Shown: positions 8,424 to 16,710, counted from the first letter of the stretch. The stretch is 25,170 nt of DNA from Candidatus Pacearchaeota archaeon (GCA_050124795.1 JASFEO010000016.1:1-25170), one strand, 5' to 3'. Notes: a model not told the origin generated them from the letters alone. Program-made: numbers and translations.

Positions 8424-8615
8424 ATGCCAATATATGAATATCAATGTAATAAATGCGGCAAAATTGAAGAAGTTCTGCAAAAATATTCAGATAAGGAACT
8501 AAAAAATTGCAAACACTGCGACGGAAAGTTAGTAAAAATTATTTCTCAAAATGCGTTTCATCTTAAGGGAAGCGGCTGGTATGTTACAGATTATGCCGGC
8601 AAAAAACCAAAATAA
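8424..8615 (+). CDS. FmdB-family zinc-ribbon protein
   Basis: MPIYEYQCNKCG...CKHCDG...FHLKGSGWYVTDY is the family signature. TTTATAAG at 8395 is 29 nt before ATG 8424. Confidence 0.9.
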   Translation: MPIYEYQCNKCGKIEEVLQKYSDKELKNCKHCDGKLVKIISQNAFHLKGSGWYVTDYAGKKPK

Positions 8616-8620
8616 TAAGA

Positions 8621-8908
8621 TCATCCAAACTTCTTTGTCCCTTTTATTATCAACTTAATCAAACTATAAATAATCATAATTAAAAAATAAATTGGAATGA
8701 TAATTATCGCAATAATAAAAAAGAAAGCCTCATCCCCTCCGGGCCCCCAGAAATTTTTGCCAAAAAAATAAATTCCAAGTCCGTAAACTAAATTATGAAG
8801 CAAGACTGCCAACACCCATGCCCCGATAATCATTAAAAGTTTTTTCCACGAAAGTAAAAAATATTTGTCAAATCCTGATTTATTTTTTCCTCTTTTTTTC
8901 TTTTTCAT
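8621..8908 (-). CDS. Small membrane protein (two TM)
   Basis: Hydrophobic helices with VLLHNLVYGL and DEAFFFII motifs. ATG start at 8908 preferred. Confidence 0.7.
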   Translation of the reverse strand: MKKKKRGKNKSGFDKYFLLSWKKLLMIIGAWVLAVLLHNLVYGLGIYFFGKNFWGPGGDEAFFFIIAIIIIPIYFLIMIIYSLIKLIIKGTKKFG

Positions 8909-8939
8909 ATTTTTATAAAGAAAAAGCAATTTAAAAAAT

Positions 8940-9755
8940 TTACTTCTTTAATTTTTTTCCTCTAAAAATAAAACTCAAACCTGAAATAAACAACAAAGCA
9001 ATCCCGACAAAAGAAAAAATTGAATTATTAGAAAAACCTCTCACTCCAATTATTGAACCAGTGGAAGTTATAGGATTAAATAAAAAAATTAAAACAATCC
9101 CGAAGATTGCAGTTGCATAACTTGTTGCAGGAGCAAGGGACTCTGCGTATTTTCTCGCGAGTTTTAATATTTTTTCTGAAGAACCTTTTGTTGCAGATTT
9201 AATTTTATGGTAAGTTTCTTTAGCCAAATCTCCCGAGGCATAAAGAATCTCTGCCAAATTTCCTCTTCCAGAATATTGCCCGAATTCACCAACAGCTTCG
9301 ACAAGTTCAGGCGCCTCTTTTACGTAAAGTTCAGAATTCTCTGCAACTGCATAAGAAAGCTCTTCTGCAGTTCTTTTTGATTTACGATAATCTTTTTTTG
9401 CGCCTTCCCTTCTCGCATCTCTTTTTTCCTGCGAAGAAAAAACTCTCTGCCAAAAACTTTCTTTTCCAACAATACTTTCCAAATTTCCTTCAAGAAGTCT
9501 TTGCCCTCTCTCGTCAAATGGCTTATTGTCAACGATGTATTTAATAATTTCAGAATAAAGAAATTTAGTTTTTTCCTCATTAGTTTTAATTTTCTTAAAT
9601 TTAGAACTAGCCTGAATTTTAGCTATTTGGAAATCTATATTATTTTTATCAAGATACTTAGACAATTGCGCAGCGCTCATATCAAAACCATGTTCATCTC
9701 TCAAAATCTCCAATCCATAAGTTACTGGATCAAATCGTCTTCTTTTTTCTGTCAT
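8940..9755 (-). CDS. Hypothetical protein with C-terminal two-TM anchor containing TGSIIG
   Basis: Soluble helical region followed by TM - ITSTGSIIG - TM - basic tail. Confidence 0.75.
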   Translation of the reverse strand: MTEKRRRFDPVTYGLEILRDEHGFDMSAAQLSKYLDKNNIDFQIAKIQASSKFKKIKTNEEKTKFLYSEIIKYIVDNKPFDERGQRLLEGNLESIVGKESFWQRVFSSQEKRDARREGAKKDYRKSKRTAEELSYAVAENSELYVKEAPELVEAVGEFGQYSGRGNLAEILYASGDLAKETYHKIKSATKGSSEKILKLARKYAESLAPATSYATAIFGIVLIFLFNPITSTGSIIGVRGFSNNSIFSFVGIALLFISGLSFIFRGKKLKK

Positions 9756-9785
9756 AAACAATCTAAGAAAACTTAATTTAAATAT

Positions 9786-10100
9786 TTATTTGACAACAAC
9801 AATCTCTTCAATTTTAATTTTTGATAATCTTCTGTCCCAATTTCTTCTAACAAAATCATGGATTTCATTTCCCATAATTGTATTCGGAGTTCCACCAACA
9901 GAATAACAAAGCTCGTCAAAAAGAGTAATCTTATATTGATTATCCTCTTCAGGAGATTTTCTTTTAAAACCTTCTGCAAATTCCAAAAATCCTCTTAAAG
10001 TAAATTTATATTTTTCTCTTGCCTCATCAAAACGAGGACTTGGGAAATATTCAAGAATTACTCTTCTAAATTTTGGTTTATACATAAATGACAAAGACAA
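9786..10100 (-). CDS. Hypothetical protein
   Basis: ORF packed between co-oriented neighbours. Start uncertain (TTG 10100 or ATG 10085). Confidence 0.6.
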   Translation of the reverse strand: MSLSFMYKPKFRRVILEYFPSPRFDEAREKYKFTLRGFLEFAEGFKRKSPEEDNQYKITLFDELCYSVGGTPNTIMGNEIHDFVRRNWDRRLSKIKIEEIVVVK

Positions 10101-10108
10101 TAGATTAC

Positions 10109-10693
10109 TTAAATTTTGCTATATTCAATAAGAGGAACAGAAAAATTCCTAATAGCATAATCACTTCTTTTTCTTTCCTTATCAAGAATATCTAAATAAT
10201 CTTTGCAAACTTTGAAATCATATCCTCTTTTTTCAAATAGATTTTCCAGTTCTGTTTTGTGTTTGCCTCCGCAGACAATCCCGGGTCTTTTATAATGCAA
10301 GTCAGAACACTTTAATAAAACATTTTGCGCAAGAGCCTCCATTCTTTTTTTGGAAGCTTCTTTATGTTTATTAAAAACTTTTGTGAGTTCTTCTCTGTTT
10401 ATCTCTGATTTAGATTCCATAGCTTTGCAAAATAAAACGACTTTTTGAATAATTTTTATATGTCTTTTATGGTAAGGCTTAAATTCTGCTCCGAACAAAG
10501 GGATATCTTCAGGCAAAAATCTAATGACATATTTTTTATCTCCCCCCGTTAGATTCGCCCCGGGATAATTAGTCTCAAAGAAAACTGAATCAAGATTTCC
10601 TTTTTTAAAATCTTTTTTAATAGAATGAACAATTTCATTTTCAATTTTAAAATCCTCATGACGATTCGGATAGAACATAATTTTTTCAATCAT
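10109..10693 (-). CDS. Hypothetical protein, translationally coupled to serS
   Basis: ATGA overlap with the serS stop. RH...FFE...GIVCGGKH weakly recalls TraB/TIKI-superfamily metal-site patterns. Confidence 0.7.
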   Translation of the reverse strand: MIEKIMFYPNRHEDFKIENEIVHSIKKDFKKGNLDSVFFETNYPGANLTGGDKKYVIRFLPEDIPLFGAEFKPYHKRHIKIIQKVVLFCKAMESKSEINREELTKVFNKHKEASKKRMEALAQNVLLKCSDLHYKRPGIVCGGKHKTELENLFEKRGYDFKVCKDYLDILDKERKRSDYAIRNFSVPLIEYSKI

Positions 10694-11970
10694 TTCTTCT
10701 CAGGTTTTATCTCTTTAAAACCAGTATATTTCCAAAGAGCTTTAGGAATTTTAATTGTTCCCTCTTTTGTTTGATTGTTTTCCATAACCGCGATTAATGC
10801 GCGGGGAGATGCAAGAACAGTGTTATTCAAAGTATGGGCAAAATATCTTTCTCCCTTGTTTTCAATTTTTATATTTAATCTTCTTGCCTGCGCCTCTTCC
10901 ATATTTGTTAAACTTCCTGCCTCCCAATATTTTTTTTGTCTCGGACTCCATGCTTCAACATCACAGCTCTTTGCTTTTAAATCTGCCAAATCTCCTGAGC
11001 AGCATTCAAGAACTCTCACAGGAACATTCAAATCTCTAAAAACATTAATTGTAAATTCAAGCATCTTGTCATACCAAGGGTAAGAATCTTCTGGCTCGCA
11101 GATTACAATCATTTCCTGTTTTTCAAATTGATGAAGACGATAAAAACCTTTTTCTTCAATTCCGTGACTTCCAATTTCTTTTCTAAAACAAGGTGAATAA
11201 CTTGTGAGAGTAATTGGCAAATTTTTTCCATTAACTGTTTTATCAATAAATCTTCCAATCATTGAGTGCTCGCTTGTGCCGATTAAATACAAATCTTCTC
11301 CTTTGATTTTATACATCATTGCGTCTTTTTCTGCAAAACTCATAACACCATCGACAACTGCGCTTCGAATCATAAAAGGCGGCAGGACATAAGTAAAACC
11401 CTGCTCAATCATGTAATCTCTTGCATAGGCTAAAATCGCTGAATGCAAAACTGCAAGTTTTCCAGTTAAAAAATAAAAACCTGTTCCTGTGGTTTCCCTT
11501 GCAGAATCAAAATCAACACCATTAAGTTTTTCTGATAACTTTGCATGATTAAAAATTTCATAATCCGGAACAACAGGCTCTCCGATTTTTCTTTTTTCAA
11601 CATTTTCTGAATCATCCTTGCCAATTGGCACAGACTCGTGAATTATATTAGGAATTTTATACATAACCTCTTTAATCTCCTCCTCCATTTTCCTCCTTTT
11701 ATCTTCTAACTTAGAAATCTTACCAGGGATTTCCTTAGCTTCTTTTAATTCCTTGTCTGCGCTCTTGCCATTCTTTTTTAACTCATTAATTTTCTTAGAA
11801 ATTTTATTCCTTCTCCCTCGCAAATTATCTTCTTCATACTTTAACTTTTTCCAGTCTTCATCTAATTTTTTAACCTTATCAACCAAAGGCAGTTTCTCGT
11901 CTTGAAATTTTTTATTTATATTTTTTTTTACAAGTTCAGGATTCTCGCGAATTAATTTTATATCAATCAT
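10690..11970 (-). CDS. serS: Serine--tRNA ligase (bacterial/canonical type)
   Basis: MIDIKLIRENP coiled-coil arm, YLIGTSEH, CFRKEIGSHG...RLHQFEKQEM (motif 2) and HTLNNT...RALIAVMENNQ (motif 3). Confidence 0.97.
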   Translation of the reverse strand: MIDIKLIRENPELVKKNINKKFQDEKLPLVDKVKKLDEDWKKLKYEEDNLRGRRNKISKKINELKKNGKSADKELKEAKEIPGKISKLEDKRRKMEEEIKEVMYKIPNIIHESVPIGKDDSENVEKRKIGEPVVPDYEIFNHAKLSEKLNGVDFDSARETTGTGFYFLTGKLAVLHSAILAYARDYMIEQGFTYVLPPFMIRSAVVDGVMSFAEKDAMMYKIKGEDLYLIGTSEHSMIGRFIDKTVNGKNLPITLTSYSPCFRKEIGSHGIEEKGFYRLHQFEKQEMIVICEPEDSYPWYDKMLEFTINVFRDLNVPVRVLECCSGDLADLKAKSCDVEAWSPRQKKYWEAGSLTNMEEAQARRLNIKIENKGERYFAHTLNNTVLASPRALIAVMENNQTKEGTIKIPKALWKYTGFKEIKPEKK

Positions 11971-12045
11971 GAAAAAATTATAAATTTAGAATATATAAAT
12001 ATTATCATTTACAAAGATTTTAAAAGTATATTGATTATATTATTT

Positions 12046-12597
12046 ATGAAGGATTATGTGAGAGAGATTGAGGACGCCAAAAGATACGTGGCTGAGGGGA
12101 AGTTCGAGCGGGGGGATGAATGTTTCTATGATATCTTTTGCGAATTGAGATCATTCGGGGCGAGTGAGGAGATATTTAATTATATTTATGAAAAATATCA
12201 GGACTATGTTAATATTAAAAAAAATAAATTAGAGAATCTTTTGATTGAGGCAGATGTTTTCGCAGGGAAGGGAGATGTTGACTCTGTTGTAAAAAGAACT
12301 GATGTTATTTGCCTTGTCGCAGCGCAAATGATAAGGGGCGGGACTCTTTCTAAAGAGAGGGGCGAAGAAATATTTTTTTATGTTAAGGATATTAAAAATG
12401 TTGCTTATCATATCGGCATTCCTGTTGCGCTTTCAGGGTTGGAATTTTATCACGCTAAGAATGATGGTTTTAAGAGAAGAGATTTTTTAATAAAGGTTCG
12501 AAGTTTTGGGAATTATATCGGGGTTGATGTTGAAGGGGCAGTTGTTAATGTTATGGGGGGAGAAAGGCTTTTGGGATTGTATGATACTAAAAGATAA
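12046..12597 (+). CDS. Hypothetical helical protein
   Basis: Long ORF divergent from serS. ATG 12046 preferred, with a TATA-like element upstream. Confidence 0.65.
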   Translation: MKDYVREIEDAKRYVAEGKFERGDECFYDIFCELRSFGASEEIFNYIYEKYQDYVNIKKNKLENLLIEADVFAGKGDVDSVVKRTDVICLVAAQMIRGGTLSKERGEEIFFYVKDIKNVAYHIGIPVALSGLEFYHAKNDGFKRRDFLIKVRSFGNYIGVDVEGAVVNVMGGERLLGLYDTKR

Positions 12598-12778
12598 GTA
12601 TCACAAATAAAATTTTGATAAAAGAAATTTTATCTTTGAACTTAAAGGAAGAGGGAATAAAAAAGATATCAGAGAAATTGTTGAAATTATTTGGACTTAA
12701 CCTAGGAGATAAATGCGAATATAAAGATACAAAAAGCATTTCCAAAATATTTATAAAATAAAAACTCTTAGAATAAAT

Positions 12779-13648
12779 ATGAAAAAGGTGGTAATGATTT
12801 TAACACTTGTATTTTTCTTTGTAACTTTAGTTTCTGCAAAATGTACTTTAGATGTTTCTTTAGTTAATCAGGATCCCTATCCAGCTGTGCCAGGAGATTA
12901 TGTCAAACTTTTGTTTCAGGTAACAGGAACAGAAAACCCTGACTGCGCCTATATCACATTTGAATTAAAAGAAAAATATCCAATCTCTTTTGACCCCGGA
13001 GAAACAGGATTAGTTCAAATAAAAGGGGGAACTTTCCAAAGAGATTACTCTTCCTCATTAACAGTCCCCTTCAAAGTTCGATTAGACGAAAACGCACTTG
13101 ACGGAGCAAACAGAATTGAAGTCATATACGGCTCAGGAGCAACCCAAAACCAAACTTACTTTTCAAAACTCTTTGACATCGAAGTTGACGACACTCACGC
13201 AGATTTTGAAATCTATGTAAAAGATTATGAACCAACTACAAACATCCTGACACTTGAAGTTTTAAATATTGCAGAGTCAGATGTCGAGGCTGTAACAATT
13301 GAAATCCCTGAGCAGGAAGGAATAAAAATTCTCGGGGCAAGGACAGATATCTTAGGCGACATTGATTCAAATGAATACACAACAGCAGACTTCACAATAA
13401 AACCAGGCGAAGGGATCATCAAACTAAACATTTATTATAGCGACGCAATAAACGAAAGAAGAACAATTGAAAAAGAAATTTATTTTAACCCGGAATATTT
13501 TTCTTCAAATGAAAAACAAGCAACTCCCTGGTATACTTATTTAATTTATATTCTTATCATCGGGGGGGTTGGATATTATTTTTACAAACGTCGAAAAAAG
13601 AAAAAAGAGCATAAGCATCATTCTCGAGGGATGTCGAGGCTGGGGTGA
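12779..13648 (+). CDS. COG1361-like S-layer/Ig-domain surface protein
   Basis: Signal peptide, NQDPYPAVPGDYVKLLFQV and LGDIDSNEYTTADF beta-sandwich motifs, C-terminal TM plus basic tail. TTTATAAA at 12750 is 29 nt before the ATG. Confidence 0.8.
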   Translation: MKKVVMILTLVFFFVTLVSAKCTLDVSLVNQDPYPAVPGDYVKLLFQVTGTENPDCAYITFELKEKYPISFDPGETGLVQIKGGTFQRDYSSSLTVPFKVRLDENALDGANRIEVIYGSGATQNQTYFSKLFDIEVDDTHADFEIYVKDYEPTTNILTLEVLNIAESDVEAVTIEIPEQEGIKILGARTDILGDIDSNEYTTADFTIKPGEGIIKLNIYYSDAINERRTIEKEIYFNPEYFSSNEKQATPWYTYLIYILIIGGVGYYFYKRRKKKKEHKHHSRGMSRLG

Positions 13649-13652
13649 GAAA

Positions 13653-13919
13653 TTATTCAATAAATTCTTCAATGCACTCTCCGATTTTTTCAACACAACC
13701 AGATTTGCCAAGAGAACATTTATAGATTTTAACTTCTTCAATTAGATTATGAACATCCGAAGCATTATTTAATTTTTCTTCAATAACTTTTCAAATAAAT
13801 TTGTAAGCAGAACAATCCCCGAATTTTTTCATTAAAAGATTAATTTTGTATTTGTTGTCTTCCTTGTTAATTTTAACAATTAATTCCCCGCATGTTGTTT
13901 CTTTATTATAATTTTCCAT
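13653..13919 (-). pseudogene. TSCPD-domain-like protein (stand-alone class II ribonucleotide reductase C-terminal-like domain) with in-frame TGA at codon 43; pseudogene or recoded CDS
   Basis: Manual translation: MENYNKETTCGELIVKINKEDNKYKINLLMKKFGDCSAYKFI*KVIEEKLNNASDVHNLIEEVKIYKCSLGKSGCVEKIGECIEEFIE. TGA at 13791-13793. The Cys spacing (TxCG, GxC, xxKC, SGCVEKI) matches the TSCPD pattern. TTATTAAA lies about 29-30 nt upstream. Confidence 0.6.
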
Positions 13920-14014
13920 ATAAAAGAAATAAAAAATTTATTTTAATAATTTTCCTATTCAAAAATATCTATGTCAATAGAAAGATTTATATACTACTAT
14001 TTAGTTATAACATT

Positions 14015-14374
14015 ATGAAACATATATGTGAATTAATAATCTCCCCAACTAGGCAAAGACCTAGAAAAGAATGGCAAGGCTTAAAGAAAGATGAAGGAGC
14101 AAGTAGCGTAGATGTAGCGGTTTTTGATGTTCCGACAGATAATATGAATTTAGATTGTTATTTGCAAGATGAATTAAAAGGAGTTCAATTTGAAAACATA
14201 AAAATAGAATCAGAACTTGATGCAAATGCAATTAGCGAATATTTAAAATTCAATAAATATACTTTTGCTTATGCACCACGGGGTGCAGGCTTTTATGAAT
14301 GTCTTAATGCAATTAACAGGGGTAAATTGATAACTGCATTTCAAGAGCATCCTGCATTAAGTCATGTTTTCTAA
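14015..14374 (+). CDS. Hypothetical protein (119 aa)
   Basis: TTTATATA at 13986 is 29 nt before ATG 14015, so the track's 13892 start is over-extended. Confidence 0.7.
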   Translation: MKHICELIISPTRQRPRKEWQGLKKDEGASSVDVAVFDVPTDNMNLDCYLQDELKGVQFENIKIESELDANAISEYLKFNKYTFAYAPRGAGFYECLNAINRGKLITAFQEHPALSHVF

Positions 14375-14388
14375 TTTACCTTACGAGT

Positions 14389-15594
14389 TTACTCGTATCG
14401 TAATGCATCAACTGGATTTATCTTTGCTGCATGCCTTGCAGGGAAAACTCCTGAAATTGCTCCTGTTATTGTTGCAAATAAAATGCAGCCAATAAATAAC
14501 TCAATAGGAAATGCTGGTTTTAAAAATCCATAGCCAATGTTATCAAGAATTACTCCGCCTAAATATGAAAATCCCCAGCCAACTAAGACCCCGATTACTC
14601 CGGCGACAAAACCTAAAAAAGCAGACTCAAATAAAAATATTCCAAAGACATCTGTGTTTCGCGCCCCAATACTTTTTATAACGCCAATTTCCTGGACTCT
14701 CTCGAGAACAGAAGTTATCATTGTGTTTGCTGTATTAACTGCAGAAACCAAAACTGAAATCAGTGCAATCAAAATAATAAAACCAATAATCACATCAAGC
14801 GCAGTTGAAAACCCTTCAATTAAATCATTAAACGACTGCACAGAAAAATCCTCTTTGCCTTTGTCCAAATCACGCTCACTACGAAGAGAATTCTCAATTC
14901 TTTTTACAACTTCGTCGATATTATCTGCATCAACTTTTGCAACAACCCATCCATAAGACAAATCCTCATCAGGGAAAAGTTCATCCATGTAACCATTAGC
15001 AATATAAATCTGCGCATCATCCTGCGGGCTCCCGACTTCCTCAAAAAACCCAACAACTTTTATCTTCTCTCCATTCACTTCGATATTCTGATTTAATTCA
15101 ATTGCTCTTGGAAAAATCTTGCCGTCAACCTGATAATTGTAACCTAGGACAACCTCCTTTTTTCCACCTGAAAGTTCCCGCCCTTTTAACAAACCAATAT
15201 TATAAGACTCCATAACAATCGGCTTTTTCGGGTCATAACTAAATAATAAAGAATACAATCTTTTGTCCTGTGCTTTTATTTCAACAGTCTTAAAATAAGA
15301 GCCAGACACTCCATAAACTCCTGCGGCCCTTTCAACCGCCCTTAAATCATCGTCAGTGAATTTAACATTTGAATCAAACATTGTCAGTTGCCCCCCTTTT
15401 GGCTGGATAATAACTTTGTCAGCAGACGAACCACTTGACAATTCATCCACATAAGAATAAAGCCCTAAGCCGAAACTAACAAAAATAAAAATTGTTGAAA
15501 TACCTAAGAAAATTGAAAGAACTGTAAAAAAACTTCTTGCTTTTCTTTGTTTTAGATTCCTTAATGAATATCTTGCTGTTTCTTTTGAAATCAT
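14389..15594 (-). CDS. ABC transporter permease, MacB/FtsX/LolC-E family
   Basis: RSFFTVLSIFLG TM1, large extracytoplasmic domain, ANTMITSVLERVQEIGVIKSIGA and PARHAAKINPVDALRYE. Confidence 0.95.
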   Translation of the reverse strand: MISKETARYSLRNLKQRKARSFFTVLSIFLGISTIFIFVSFGLGLYSYVDELSSGSSADKVIIQPKGGQLTMFDSNVKFTDDDLRAVERAAGVYGVSGSYFKTVEIKAQDKRLYSLLFSYDPKKPIVMESYNIGLLKGRELSGGKKEVVLGYNYQVDGKIFPRAIELNQNIEVNGEKIKVVGFFEEVGSPQDDAQIYIANGYMDELFPDEDLSYGWVVAKVDADNIDEVVKRIENSLRSERDLDKGKEDFSVQSFNDLIEGFSTALDVIIGFIILIALISVLVSAVNTANTMITSVLERVQEIGVIKSIGARNTDVFGIFLFESAFLGFVAGVIGVLVGWGFSYLGGVILDNIGYGFLKPAFPIELFIGCILFATITGAISGVFPARHAAKINPVDALRYE

Positions 15595-15618
15595 TTTAAC
15601 CCCTTATTTTTAATTTCC

Positions 15619-15632
15619 GAAAAATTTAAATA
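15619..15632 (+). promoter_or_regulatory. BRE/TATA promoter (GAAAAA-TTTAAATA), probably for the structured RNA
   Basis: TATA starts at 15625, and +29 nt is 15654, the first paired base of the RNA. This is the same spacing seen for leaderless genes. It could alternatively serve the minus-strand permease. Confidence 0.55.
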
Positions 15633-15653
15633 TTCCTGATGCTTATGTTTTTC

Positions 15654-15768
15654 ATTGATAGATGAAAGGGTTCTGACGAATCCCGTGCTCCCTTCGAGGG
15701 AATAGGAGAAATCCGAAGATGATGCGGTTAGTAGGATTGACGAACCCCTGATTCTACCAATCATTTTT
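15654..15768 (+). ncRNA. Candidate structured ncRNA convergent with the DUF3800-like gene
   Basis: Nested stems ATTG/CAAT, TAGA/TCTA, tandem GA/GA, GGGTTC/GAACCC and AATCC/GGATT. Inner hairpins TCCCT-TCG-AGGGA and GGA-GAAA-TCC. About 53% GC over 15668-15750. T-run at 15764-15768. Confidence 0.7.
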
Positions 15769-16219
15769 GTCTCCGAATTAAATTTAATTGTGTATCGATA
15801 ATCAAACTCATCTGATATTCAGGGGTTCCTTTTTTAATCTGGCTTTCTTTTACAACCTCTGTTTTTTTTCCGTCAATAATTTTTAGGATTTTTCTAAATG
15901 CCCTGTACTGAAAATCATCAACTGAAAGAAAGACTATGCAATCTTCGTGCTTTTTTACAAACTCCAAAACTTCTGCAAAGATATCCATATTCTTCTGGAC
16001 TTTTTTAATCTTAGTTTTTTCAAGATAAGAATTAATCTTCTCTTTTACAAATAATTTTTTCATTGAACTAAGATATTCTCTTTTGTGTTTTAATTGTTTA
16101 TAATGTTTTAATTTGACTATCTTCGGGAGTAACTCAAACATCTTTTTACTGCTGATAATATTATACCCAATTAGATTTTCAGAAAAATCAATGAAAATAT
16201 AATAGTCAAATATTTTCAT
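15761..16219 (-). CDS. DUF3800-like protein (putative RNase H-like fold)
   Basis: YIFIDFSE resembles the DUF3800 N-terminal Y/F-x-DES. Central LSVDDF and C-terminal YQMSLIIDTQLN resemble the Q-x-AD region. Together they give three spaced acidic sites. Confidence 0.6.
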   Translation of the reverse strand: MKIFDYYIFIDFSENLIGYNIISSKKMFELLPKIVKLKHYKQLKHKREYLSSMKKLFVKEKINSYLEKTKIKKVQKNMDIFAEVLEFVKKHEDCIVFLSVDDFQYRAFRKILKIIDGKKTEVVKESQIKKGTPEYQMSLIIDTQLNLIRRQK

Positions 16220-16710
16220 TTTACCGCCTCCAAAAACTCTCTTTTTTCTTTTTGGTTCAAAATTAAAACTTTCTTTGGATATTTTCTAATAATATCTTCA
16301 AACCTCGCTTTCTGTTCATCTTTCCAAAAATAAACCAAGAAATTTTGCCAAGCGAGCTGGAAAGAATTATACGGAGATTCTTCTTTTCCTTTGTGTTTAA
16401 TATTTCTCCTAATAATTCGATAAGTTGTCACGAGAAAATTTGCTTTCAAAATAATAATCAGATCTGCTTTCTCTTTTGCCAAATCAGCATATGCCGCAGT
16501 CCATCCTCCAATAATCCACTTCTCTTTTCTAACTGCCGACTGCGCATTCTTTAATATCTCTGTCTTGCTATACCGAACAGTAAATCTTTTCTTCCAAGAA
16601 AAATCATCCATATCATAAAATTTAATCTTCAGTTTTTCAGATAACTTCTCGCCAAACCAATTCTTTCCAGTTCCAGCTCTTCCAAAAATAAGAATGCGTT
16701 TATCTTTCAT
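16216..16710 (-). CDS. P-loop kinase, adenylate-kinase-like / FlaR (DNA topology modulation) family
   Basis: ILIFGRAGTGKN P-loop, YDMDDFSW, KWIIGG and ADLIIIL...RIIRR. ATGA overlaps on both sides. Confidence 0.8.
   Translation of the reverse strand: MKDKRILIFGRAGTGKNWFGEKLSEKLKIKFYDMDDFSWKKRFTVRYSKTEILKNAQSAVRKEKWIIGGWTAAYADLAKEKADLIIILKANFLVTTYRIIRRNIKHKGKEESPYNSFQLAWQNFLVYFWKDEQKARFEDIIRKYPKKVLILNQKEKREFLEAVK

Noticed and set aside
12591-12761. Open frame ...LIKEILSLNLKEEGIKKISEKLLKLFGLNLGDKCEYK...
   Set aside because: No ATG, no clear promoter and no recognisable motif. It may be a gene remnant but cannot be supported.
13623-13638. CTCGA-N6-TCGAG hairpin just 3' of the TSCPD-like gene as an archaeal SECIS
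   Set aside because: Only 5 bp, lacks the GAA/A internal-loop motif and lies within the coding end of the neighbouring gene.
13892-14014. N-terminal extensions given by the ORF track (also at 2347, 17966, 22515)
   Set aside because: AT-rich promoter DNA read in frame. TATA spacing and family N-termini favour downstream ATGs.
15662-15752. AUGAA/UGAU quartet as a eukaryote-like SECIS serving the UGA-containing TSCPD-like gene
   Set aside because: It is on the opposite strand and about 1.7 kb away, beyond two other genes, so it cannot be in that mRNA. The apical part is a multi-branch junction rather than a SECIS loop.
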